Source: Vitrella brassicaformis CCMP3155
Lineage: Eukaryota > Protista > Chromerida
NCBI GenBank assembly: GCA_001179505.1
Contig: CDMY01000477.1
Span: forward strand, 186,001-250,000
Direction of reading: 5' to 3'
DNA length: 64,000 bases
The notes beneath the pieces were generated by a model, which was not told the DNA's origin, searched no databases, and was given only the letters and a program-made list of their open reading frames with translations. The position numbers were made by a program, and so were the translations under genes. Positions 23,601-34,746 of this stretch are shown here, piece by piece; the first letter of the stretch is position 1; each line of letters opens with the position of its first letter.

Positions 23601-23929
23601 ACTCCCTACTCGCAGCTCCCTCGCCAAGACCAGCAAGGCGCTGCGGGTGAATCCGTTTATTTATTGCCAAGATCCGCTGGACAACCTATTCTGGGCCAAC
23701 CAGATGGCATCCGTCACGATCGGGGACTCAGCGCAGGTCTTCCGACCACCTGCACTTAGGACGTCGCCCATGCGTGCACCCGCCTGTTCGACAAGAGAAT
23801 CACTGACAAGGTGGCAGAGACTGCCGCGTCGTATTACAGCAAGCCGTACGACTTGCTGAGCTGCATACATGGTAGGTGTAGTGTGAGGGCGGCCAGGCAC
23901 ACACGTCTACCGAGGGCTGCGCGGGCGCA

Positions 23930-23977
<48 letters not shown>

Positions 23978-24367
23978 GAGATGGGGGGTGGGTGGGTCGG
24001 TGGATCATGAATTAGATGATATTTTGTTTCGTTTATCTGTCGTCCGGACATTTATGCCATGTTTTTCACCTATACTCCGAAGCCAGGAGAGAGAGCCTGT
24101 AATCATCTGGTGTGTCTGACCAAACCACTCAACCGATTTAGTGTCGCCGATGAATTGTTAGTGAAGCCATGCAGTCATCGAGTCTGACAAACCCACCCAC
24201 CCACACACCTCACTAAGTCTTTCAAGAACGATTACGAAAAATATCCACTCATGGTGCACACACAATCAGTCACGTCCCCTCCCCACTGCTCATACAGACA
24301 GACCCTCTCAGACCATCCAATCCACCAACACCACACAATCGCCGCCCGGCCACCCAGCACTCGCCGC

Positions 24368-25408
24368 TCACCCCACCACCATCCCCCTATCCATGACATC
24401 GCGCTCGAGACCGAATGGCCGCAGCAGACGGCGGACAGCACCAATCGACTCAGGGAAGCGCTGGGCGAACGGTGCGGGCGCATCGGCAGCAGATGGCTCG
24501 GTCGTGTAGAGAATGATGCGGCCATCTCCCATCCACAGAAAGGCGCGGACGGTCTCGTTGGGTCTGAAGCCGCTCAATATCGCACCACGATAGTTAGTCG
24601 CATCAGCGGCATACAGATTGCCTCCGTCCTTGCGATAGTCCACAGCGATGCCCTGATCCTCTGTGATGGCCGATGTCAGCAGACGGCCATAACGAGGGTC
24701 ACCACGGCCGATGTCTGCATATAGCACCATCATCTCATTCACCCCCTCTTCATTGCACCACCGCCGTAGTACCATGTTCAGCAGATATGTCGAGAATGGG
24801 GGGAAGAGCCAGTTGTCGACCCAGCGTATTGCGGGATCGGTCCGCTTGTAGCCGTCAGCATAGAGATGGCCGCCCGGCAGATTACCATATGGCACCACAC
24901 GAAACGACTCATTGCCGATCCGATATACCCCGTTGTCAGCTTGCTGCAGCGCCAGGCTGGTCCCTCGGTATGTGAGCATGTGGCCGAGCAGTCGATAAAT
25001 GGCCATGGCGTCGGGCAGCCGGTGGAAGGCCGTCTTGCTGGGAAGGTGGGCCATCAGCCACTGAGCCGACAGCACCAGGGGCAGCCCATTGGCAGATGTC
25101 AGCCGATAAATGGCGGCCAGCCGGATGAACCATCTCATCAGACGCCACTCGTTGCTGCCCTGCTCCAGCACATAGGCCACCCGCAGCACGTAGGTGAATG
25201 GCAGAGGGGCGGTGCGGTCGATGTCGATGAGGCCGGTGAGCGAGTGGCGGGTGAGAGAGCCGTCGATGCGCTCCACCAGCAGAGCGGCCGTGATGATGGA
25301 CGTGCCGATGGTGCCAGAGGTGTTGCGGAGAGCGGCCACATCAGGCAGCTGCAGGCATGCCACCACACGCCCACGCCAGACCTCCACCGGCAGCGAGGAC
25401 GCCATCAA
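24368..25408 (-). CDS. Intronless 346-aa hypothetical protein with an F-box-like N-terminus
   Basis: Long clean ORF with GC-rich codons. N-terminus SLPVEVWRGRVVACLQLPDVAALRNTS resembles the F-box pattern LP.E.....I...L...D...L...S. Confidence 0.75.
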   Translation of the reverse strand: MMASSLPVEVWRGRVVACLQLPDVAALRNTSGTIGTSIITAALLVERIDGSLTRHSLTGLIDIDRTAPLPFTYVLRVAYVLEQGSNEWRLMRWFIRLAAIYRLTSANGLPLVLSAQWLMAHLPSKTAFHRLPDAMAIYRLLGHMLTYRGTSLALQQADNGVYRIGNESFRVVPYGNLPGGHLYADGYKRTDPAIRWVDNWLFPPFSTYLLNMVLRRWCNEEGVNEMMVLYADIGRGDPRYGRLLTSAITEDQGIAVDYRKDGGNLYAADATNYRGAILSGFRPNETVRAFLWMGDGRIILYTTEPSAADAPAPFAQRFPESIGAVRRLLRPFGLERDVMDRGMVVG

Positions 25409-25661
25409 TCAGTCACCACGAGTCAGTCACCAGATGCCGACAACCACCGATGGCCATCAGCGGCTGATTGATGCGATGGCTCATCCGCTACATGACGAAC
25501 GTCGTGTCTGTCCATGCCATGAGGCGTGACGAACGAGAGATCTGCAGGAACGCAACACACGAAGATGCCGCTGTTTGAAGCATGTTTAGGCTTCCTCTGC
25601 CTCTCTGACTGTCCTCTTACCCTCACTGAGTGTCTTGAGAGCTGCAGCAGGATGGAAGGGG

Positions 25662-25964
25662 TGTTGAGGAAATGATGTGTCGGCCCGCAGGTGGATAACC
25701 TCGGCTATAGCCTGATTGGTTTCTAGGTCATATGCCCACTGACCTCGGTTCGAACCCCTGTTAGCACCCTTAAGGGGTCAAGCCGGGCGGAGAACAATCC
25801 TGCTGAGCGCTGCGGAGCGGTCGCGAGTTCGATTCCTGGAGCAACACCGGAAACCTTGGAAAGGGAGGTACCCTAGCTCTGCGGTCCGAAAGGGGGTGTT
25901 GAGGAAATGATGTGTCGGCCCGCAGGTGGACACCCTCAGCTATAGCCTGATTGGTTTCTCAACA
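25662..25964 (+). mobile_element. 303-bp TRIM-like element (miniature non-autonomous LTR retroelement)
   Basis: 63-bp direct repeats at 25662-25724 and 25897-25959 with 3 mismatches. Outer termini TGTTGAG...CTCAACA. AGGGG lies on both flanks (25657-25661, 25965-25969). Purine tract GAAAGGGGG lies immediately before the second repeat. No coding capacity. Confidence 0.6.
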
Positions 25965-26047
25965 AGGGGGACGATCCATCCGCGAGCTTGGATTGCAGAC
26001 CTCCAGTTTTCGCTTTTCGCTTCCGACGGCGTGTCTGCGTGTCGGCC

Positions 26048-28685
26048 ATGAAGAGGATCTTCCGTCGGCCGCCTCGCGGGCGGCCCGGCATGTCGCCAAA
26101 GACCAGCGGCAGCACCAGCAGCCTCCCCGACAGCAGCTATCATCACTACCGCAGCCTCCCCGACAAGGCCATGTCGTGTGTGTCCACCACGGGCATCGGC
26201 TCACAGGACTCGGACAGCGGCGAGGCATTCGATTCGTTCGCAGACTACGTCTACCAGGTGTGGGGATTCTACTTCGCCTATGCCGCGAGCAGCTATCTGC
26301 TGTGCTGCGCGCATCTGGCCGTGGCGCTCGCCCTGCTGGCGGGACAGGTGAGTGCAAAGACGCACACACACACACTAACTCACATCAAAACACATGTTGT
26401 TGTTCTGCGTGTGTGTGTGTGTGTGTGTGATGGCCACTGTAGCTGGCGGTAGCAGCGGTGTGCTTGAGCGTGCCCCTTCTGTGGCCACTGGTACGGTTGT
26501 GCTGAGAACATACGTATGTGTACTTGACGTGTGTGTGCACTCACCACACACAGGTGGTCCTGTTCCTCCGCAAGCGTTACGACATCTACATTAAGAGGAG
26601 GGACGAGAGCCTCATCGACTTCGCAAAGATGGAGACTCCCGCAAGTACGAAGGAATAGAATTCTTGCCATTTGTGTGTGTGTGTGTCCACGCGTGTGTGT
26701 GTGCAGGTCTTGCCGACTGCATGAGTGCGGAGCTGCGTCCCGAAGAGATGGGCCGGTTCGTCACGCGAGACCGCCTGTCGCTCACTTACGAGGTCTTCGG
26801 AAGGTGCGCCTGCACCATCTGCACACTCACCGCCACAGCCACAAACCAGACACGGCACAACAGGTCTGTCTTTTTGTATGTGTGTTGTGATGTATGATGT
26901 GTGCAGTGGCCCTGCGGCGATCCTGCTGTGCAATGGCGTTAACTGCAGCTCCATGCTGTGGGCCAAGATATACGAGCACGTGCAGAAGGGTACACAGACA
27001 CATCACACGACGGACACACACCCCCGCCCCACCCTGCACAGATCTAATCTACGCCAATGGGTGCGTGCAGTGTTTGTGCGACACACGAACGATCTTGCTT
27101 GCAGACATGCCTGACTTCAAGACCAAGTATCGCGTGGTTACCTGGAACTACCGCGGGCTGTTCGGCTCTGACCAGCCCAAACACGGAAATGCCGGCAAGT
27201 ATGTGTGTACTCATTTATGGACACACGACAGAATGCGATGGATGCACGTGTGTGTGACACGAATGGCTGGTTCAGGTGCAGTGTGCACCATCTCGTGGAC
27301 GATGCTGTCGATCTCATGCACACACTCGGTCGGTAGTGCACAGACTTCACACACCGACCAACACACAACACACACACATCCATCTGTGTGTACCGTAGGT
27401 GTGCGCCGCTGGCATGCGGTGATGGGGTGGTCGACAGGAGTGCAGGTGGCCGGACAGGTGAGTGAGGGGTGCATACAAACAAGAACCAAGACGCAACTCC
27501 ACACAACAGACAGGTGCACACACCCCCGCGTGTGGCCACGTGTGTTGATGCAGCTGGCGGCTTCATACCCCGAGTTTGTGGACCGCGTCATCCTCTGCAA
27601 CGGCAATGCAGGCCAGACACTCACCACGGTCGGTCAGTCAGTCAATTCAGCGCACAGATGGGCGTACACCCCTTGTGGATGGATGGATGGATGCAGGCCT
27701 TCAGTGTGCTGCCGTTGGTAGGCAATTTCGTCCTGGGTCGGCTGCTGCACCTGCTCATCTTCGCCATTAGATTTGCCATCTGCCCATACCCACAGGCGTA
27801 CGCAGGCACCATGCCATGGACACGTCCGTGTTTGCACCCACAAGCATACTTACGTGTCACGTGCCGTCCGTGTGCAGGTATGCGCGTGTGGCGGGTCGCT
27901 ACAGGCGTGCCGTTCTGTGGATGCGCAAGTACCTGTGGCACCCTATGGGCATTCTACACGGCAACCCGGCCTTTGAGTGGCTCTTCGCACTGGTGCGTTA
28001 GCGCACGGGGGATAGAGAGGGGCAGGAAAGCATCTGTGAGTGTGAGTGTGTGTGAGTGTGTGTGAGTGTGTGTGCAGAACTGGTGGGACTTGTTCGGCAA
28101 CGGGCCGGTCCACACCAACAACACGGGCATCATCCTGCAGGTGACGTGACGCCCGCAGACATGGCACTATGGCACCCGTGCAGTGCAGTGCATGTCCGTC
28201 TGTGTGCAGGCGCTGGATAGCCATTCGATGGAGATGGTGTTGCCTGAGGTGCAGACGCCCGTGCTGATCATCACAGGATTGCTGGACATCATGACGCCCG
28301 CCTTTCAGGTAGACACGCACTCACAAAAGCGGCTCCATCCGTCCATCCATCCATCCATCCGTTTCTGTGTGTTCTGCATTGATTCGCGGATGTGTGGATT
28401 GCAGTCCTATGGGATGGCGGGTTTGCTGCCCAAGGTGCATCTGGTGCCCTTCATGGGCGGCTCACACCACTGCATACTGGGTAGGTATTGTCTCACACAC
28501 ACACACACACACCATCGTCCATGTGCGTGTCTCATCCCACTCCCCTGTGTGTCGCAGAGTACCCCCGGGTGTGTTCGTCCCTGATAACGGAGTTCATCGA
28601 GTCGAGCTGGGGCGCATTCAGGGCCAACCACTCCGGAAAGATCCGACTGAAGCCCGTCATGGAAGACAAACCGTTGACGGCCTGA
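26048..28685 (+). CDS. Alpha/beta-fold hydrolase with an N-terminal membrane segment; multi-exon
   Basis: ILLCNGV, RVVTWNYRGLFGS, nucleophile elbow GWSTG, VDRVILCNG, acid residue in PVLIITGLLDIMTP, catalytic His in GGSHHC. Confidence 0.88.
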
Positions 28686-29926
28686 TTGATGCCTAGATAC
28701 ACTCCCGTATTGGGTGGCTAGCGGATTTTTTTTCGGCCGCCATGCCTCCCTTTCTGCCAGATGTCTGTCTGTCTGTCTGTCTACTTGAGTGTGTATGCCG
28801 ATGTGTGTATGTGTGATGTGTACCCGTGTGGCCAGCGAGGATGGGAGCGCACACGAGCGGACCGATCACCACACACCATGCACGCGATGTGTTGGTTGTG
28901 CCGTGCCTCCTCCCTTGTCCCTTTTGTAAGTAGGGCCGTCATATACGTACAAACATCCATTCGTTTGTAAGCGAGGGGCTTCCGTCCATCCATCCATCCG
29001 GCGAGTGCATGCGGCTTTATATGTGTGTATGTATGTGTGTGTGTCTGCACGTTTAGCTGTGCAGTCTCCCGTGTCGCTGCTCCACATGTGCATCACATCG
29101 ACAACAGCACATCCTGATGATGTGCTTTTATATACACTAGGTCTGAGTGTATCGTCGATGCGGTTGAGAGAGGAGGGAGGGAGGGAGCAGGGGCGATTTT
29201 GACCGAGCTCACGAACATTCTGGAACTTTTTGCACGCCGATCGCGAATTCAATAATGGGTAGGTCGTCTTGTGTGACTGTCTGTCTGTCTGTCCCTCTGT
29301 CTCTCTGTCTCTCTGTCTGTCTGTCTGTGTGTGGTGCCGTCGTGACTCTGTTGACGGCATGTGCCTTGATCTGCGGATCCGGCAGCTGCATGTGTTGAAC
29401 CCCAATGCAGCTGCTAGTCCGATGGGGGGCACAATGCCTTTGACAGGGTGAGCGAGCGATGGCAGGGAGGGGAAAGACCTTTGCGACTTCCGCTGTTGCG
29501 TCCCTCGATATCACCAATATCTTACCTCCTTACTTTTGCTCGTTGCCAGTAGGCAACCAGGAGTTTGACAAAGGCAGCGAGTGACAAACTTCGAGGGAGA
29601 AGGCCGCTATATTTATGTGAAGCCACAGTGCGCAATGTGCTCTGTGAATCTGCTGTTGCAGGCATCCTTCTTGCGATTGACAAGAAACTGCGGCCAAATG
29701 CGATCCATTTTCCTGGCCATAATGGGGGCGCATGCGATGGGCGGGGGTTCACAACTTGAAGGTGACAGCTGGGACGCTATCCCTGAAGTCGCAGTGCCCA
29801 TTCAGCTCTCTCTGAACCCTCTTGCAGGCGTCGGAACAACGTCCGTTGGCTGGGGGCCTGCGTGTGGGTGTCTGAGACTTGCATTTCCCGTCTCAGTGAA
29901 CGCTTGAGTATCCGCGCGAAGCAACA

Positions 29927-31740
29927 ATGTTCTTGCTGTGGAGCTCCGTCTTGCTCCCCAGCCTGGTGTCGTCCGAGCTCATTCCTCTCTCCGCCAACAC
30001 CAGCAATGCCATCCAGCAGCCCGTCGACGAGAGGCTTCAGAGAGTTGCCATGCAGCAGCCCGCGGTGACGATACAAGTTGAGCCGTATATGGGCTCCAGC
30101 TGGAGGACGGAGCTCAGGATAAACCTTCCGCCCTCCGCCCATCAGCCGACATCAACGGTTCCTAGGACTCTGGTTGGCTGCCACAGCCCTTTCCATGAGC
30201 TGCCGTTCCCCATTCCTGACAACTACCGCCCCTCGAAGCAGAACAAGCAAGAATGGCTTGCCGTGTAAGTTGGCACATGCAGGGAGGGCGAGACACGCGT
30301 GCTAAGTTCCCCTCTTCTTGCGCTGCAGCTACGACCAGCTATACGCGTTCGTCGACCTGCCGTACAACGACGTGACCGTTCCCGGTGTGCTCACCTTCAG
30401 CAAAGAATTTCCTGAGGGATTCTTCCCCCGCAAGCTCCGTACGCATGTTTTGATCTCACTGCAAGATGGACCGTTGTGATCCTTGGTGTGCGTGTCTGCG
30501 CTGTCAAGTTGCCTTCGACCCGAGCCATAGGAAAGTGTACTATTTGAAGCCACCCCAGCCTGGCACGGAGAACTGGATGCTCGAGTTGAGCAGCGATCGG
30601 CTGTGCGCGAAGGAGGACACTGAGCCCTGCATGCCCGGTAAGCCACCACAGTCGAGGGCAGCTTGTTCCTGTTGGACATCTTAGCACACCATGTGTATCT
30701 CAGGAACATGGCCTCGTGCCGTACTGGGTGAGACGCAGGCCTGGAGGGTCGCCCGCTGCACAGAGACAGAAAGAGAGTAGAGAGAGTGTGTGTGTCTGTC
30801 TGTGTGTGTTTGTGTATGTCTGTGTGTGTCTGTGTGTGTCTGTCGTCTCAGGGGGTCCCGTGCCGCACTACTGGCAAATGAACATTCTCCGATTCGACCA
30901 TCTGTCCACGGGTACTCTTCTGTATGACAAGACAGTCATGTTTGTAATGGTTCTTTTTTGCCGCGTGCTCACAGCAAATGCTCAGCTGGGGTTGCCCTAC
31001 AATCATTTCTCCGAAATCATCTTCCACAATTGTCATCGAGTAATGACGGATGCGGCAAACTCTTCCCTTTGACGTGATCGCGCTTGCTGTGTGTATGGCT
31101 TTCTGTCTGCCTCGTAGGACATGTTTTTCAACGAGGAAGTGAAGCAGGTGGAGGCGGCCGACGGCCCGATCTGGTACCATCCATCTAATTACAACATGTG
31201 GGAGACACTGAAAACGCTCATCGCGCCTGGCGGGTAAGGACCTACACTGCACTGCAAACACCTCCGGTCCTTCAAATCGACTTCATGCAGGCACTTCATT
31301 AACACGATCTTCCCCTCATTGTGGTGGGGAGGCGAGCCCATGGAGGAGAGCACATGGAAGCCGCCGCAGCGCTACTGCGCTCACCATCCTACCTTTGGCC
31401 GAGCCATGTGCTGGGGACAAGTCACGGGGGACGTCGAACAAGACTACTCCCATGGCGCGTGGCAGGCAGCGAACTTCGACAACACAATGCGGTTCCTCGA
31501 GGACTCGCACGGGTGGCGGCTCGTGGGAGGAATTGAGATGCGCGATTCCCCAAAGTACCCCCAGTGGAAGCGATTCGTCACGGCTTTCCAGCTCATTCCT
31601 GAAGGGCAGAATCCGGAAGGATTTTCCATATATCACGGCTTGGAGGTAAATAGATCAGATCACCCTTGCCTACAGCGATGTGTATCTGTCGTGTCTCTTC
31701 AGGGAAGCTCGGTCGGAGGACCTGACCATACCTATTAATG
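29927..31740 (+). CDS. Hypothetical secreted protein; multi-exon
   Basis: Signal-like MFLLWSSVLLPSLVSS. Successive GT-AG-bounded open exons (YDQLYAFVDLPYND..., LAFDPSHRKVYYLK..., GGPVPHYWQMN..., WWGGEPMEE...). No family recognised; the end is uncertain. Confidence 0.5.
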
Positions 31741-32078
31741 TCAAGCCAGAATCAACGTAGCCACGAGCCACCCGTGGCTGGCAACACGGATCATTGAGAG
31801 GGGACGAGTGAACAGGAAGAAGATGTGACAAACGAATGGCCAACGTCCTGTGCGACGGACTGAAACTCATCACTGAAAACTCTGCCTGCCGCACCACATA
31901 ATGTAGGCAGAGAGACGTGTACACGGCTGGGTGGTGCGGGCGTGAGTGCTTCGATAGATACAGAAACAGGGGCGGCAGTCTTCAGTCCCGGCAGTCTTCT
32001 GATGTGGCAGTCTCCACCGCGATCCCCTTGATCCCGATTTACAGGAATGTGTAAAGTTGTGAGCCTCTCCGCCTCTCG

Positions 32079-33385
32079 ATGAGACCACTGTACCTGCTGC
32101 CGCTGTGCTCATGCCTTCTCTCTTCTGACATTTGCGCCGACGGGGCTCTCAATCTCCTGCCCGCCGAGTCCACGGAGGAGGCTCTCGCGGACGTCCGCCA
32201 TCTCATCCTCAGTGGGCGCATCGCCCTTGAACTACAAGATCCAGCAAACGCCACCGACAGCGACAGCAACAGCAACACGACCGCACATGATGGCGGCAGT
32301 GCCGGCGCGACGTCGTTTGAGCCGACAGAAGACGCAGCCGAGGCCGACGACGGAGAAGAAGGGAATGCAGATGCAGATGGCGATGCGGAGGAGGAGCTGT
32401 GGGAGAGGCATGTGAAGACGATGTTTTTCCATCGGTTTCTGCCCCACTTTAATCTCACTTCGGCTGATGACGCGAAAAGGGTGCTCCAGTGGCCAGGAGG
32501 GTCTACCAGCTGCTCAAGACAGCCGCCGCCAAAAGATCAGCCTCCCGCGCCAGCTCAGTGCAGCCCGACGGCGAGGCGTCTGTGTCTTCCGGGGACGAGC
32601 TCGCCGAGGACGGCATCGTGGATGGCGAAGAACTTCAAGCTGAGGAGGCTGACACAGGTGGCGAGTGGGCCATTGGAGGGAGAGGGGGTGATGAGAGCGA
32701 TGGGGAAGAGCAAGAGGAAGAGCAAGAGCAAGAACATGGGAGTGATCAACACGAAGAACGTAGTACGGACGAAATGCAGACGGCCACGGTAGAAAGATAC
32801 CTGCATCTATCTTTCCTCACTGCACTGCGTGCCGCCTAGATATCTGTGTTGTTTGTGGATGGCTGTCTGTTCGCCTCAGTTGGTTTCCCTTCATGCAATG
32901 GATGACAGCCTCTGCTCGAGCCTGCACCATGGCCCCTACTGCGCAGGGTTGACCCAGGGGTTTCCCATCCACACGGTGAGGACACAAAAGGGGCGATGAT
33001 GGGGTGATGTGATGGTGTCAGTGATTTCAATGCCTGTGGCGTTGGGGCCACGATGCGTCACTCATCAGGACGGCATTCGGCTCTTCACCGCCCCCTCCCT
33101 GGCCAGCACGGTATTTCTCCATGCCGCCAAGACACCCACGGCAGAGCAGCCCGACACCAAGGACGAGGAAGAGGCCGCGCAGCCGGCGGAAGGCAGTGAG
33201 GTGACGGGGCAGCAGAAGAAGGCCCTCATGAAGATGCTGCGCAGCATGATTGGCAAAGCCGGCAAACGGTCAGTCAGCCGGCAGCAATCATCGGTGCATT
33301 GTGGATGTTGGTCTGGCTGGCTGCGGGTATGTCTATGTGCAGGCCCCCATCCCAGCGCAAGCGCCGGCAGGCTGCCGCCATGTAG
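32079..33385 (+). CDS. Hypothetical secreted acidic protein with an apparent frameshift near 32489
   Basis: Signal-like MRPLYLLPLCSCLLSS and a D/E-rich ORF to about 32489, continuing in another frame (VARRVYQLLK...EEQEEEQEQE). A probable further exon lies at about 33070-33270. Confidence 0.45.
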
Positions 33386-33703
33386 TCTAGTTAGGTAGAG
33401 CCCTGAGTGGGCCAGTGGCATGGTGTAGGCAAAGCGTTGTTGGTGCGTCAACAAGTACACACATGGACTTGAGTATTGGACACTGATCGAACCACATCAA
33501 ACCAGATAGATATACAGGAGGTCAGCGTCTGAGCCGCACGCAAGCATCCTTTGTGGCTGTGCTGGCCGCCTGCCTCAACCGATAAACAAACAGCAGCACG
33601 CCATGCCCATCCACTCGCCCATCCTTCTAGTGTCCCCACCGCTCGTTAACCAGCAGCCAACGCACTTGCCTTTCCCTCCATCCCTGCGTTTCTTGCCCAT
33701 CGA

Positions 33704-34614
33704 TTATCCTCTGAAAAGTTTCCAAGCGCCATAGAATATGAACAGGGTGACGACCATGCCGGCGAGGACCAGCCAGCGGTCGACGGCGTGCCGCCGGTCG
33801 ATGACGCCCAGCAGGCTCTGCACCAGACCTGACGTGTTGGTCACATCCAGCATCTTCCGGCGCACACCCTGCAATCACACACACGCACACACGCGTCCTC
33901 ACAGTGTGCAGTGAGGCCGTGTGTCGTTTGTGTGTGTGTGTGTGTGGTACCTTTAGGTTTTTGTTTTGCCCCATGATGTTGTCGACGATTTGTCTGCCCT
34001 GCTCTGTGATGGCGTCCATGAGGGAATGGGACTCCTTCAGCGCCTCGCGCTCACGCAGATAACCGCTGATCCGCTCCCTCTGACGCACACACACACACAC
34101 ACACAAAGACAACAGATTCCCATCGGTCTGGTATGTCGGACTGCCTGGCTGTGTGTACCTGTTCTTTGCCTTCGAACAGTTTTCGCCTTTGTTGCTCTTC
34201 GATTTGTGAGCGGTAGATGTGCCCCAGCTGCTTCTCAAGACAGATGCGGAAGTGCTGCGCGTCGTCCGACAGCTTGGTCGTCCGCCTGCAGACAGACCAT
34301 CCACACAACACATCCAGAAGTCACACACACACGCACAGACCCCATCTTGCCCTGCCCCTCTCTGCTTACCTTTGCCACACATCTTTCTGCGCCTTGTCGA
34401 CGTACTTGATTTTCTCCTCCAGCTGCTGCACAAGTCGTGAGAACTCATTGGTGAGTGCGCCGAGCCGTTGCTGCAGGGCGATGGATCGGTCCTGGCCCGT
34501 CTCGAAGGCCTCCAGCAGCCGGTCCACCTCCTGCTTGGTGCTCGTCGTCTTCCGGTACAGCTCCGACAGACCTGACGTCCCTGACGTGGCCGACGACGAC
34601 GCGCTCGACGCCAT
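33704..34614 (-). CDS. GOSR2: Golgi Qb-SNARE membrin/Bos1; 4 exons
   Basis: ELYRKTTSTKQEVDRLL... helical N-domain. SNARE motif YLREREALKESHSLMDAITEQGRQIVDNIMGQNKNLK/GVRRKMLDV.N..GL..SLL..IDRR...DRWL, then a C-terminal TM segment. Confidence 0.9.
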
Positions 34615-34746
34615 GAACGAGATGTACACCGCAACAAGATCTCTCTCTCTTGAGGCCTGGCGTTCTTCGTCTTCTCTTCAGCGTCGAACAGTTTTACGGA
34701 ACATCCTTCTTCGACCCCGCGCGCTTGTGCAGATCTCGCCGAAACG

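Noticed and set aside
23152-24724. ORFs 23152-23670 (-) and 24251-24724 (+)
   Set aside because: They are antisense shadows of the MYND pseudogene and the F-box-like ORF.
25704-25770. Possible true tRNA gene
   Set aside because: T-stem and acceptor stem do not pair properly and there is no 7-nt anticodon loop; kept only as promoter-like boxes.
25662-25964. Repeat-spacer-repeat pattern considered as CRISPR
   Set aside because: Only two 63-bp repeats with a 172-bp spacer, in a eukaryotic context with no cas genes.
28760-29900. Short ORFs between the hydrolase and the secreted-protein gene
   Set aside because: Microsatellite-rich or stop-rich with no motif; treated as UTR or intergenic DNA.
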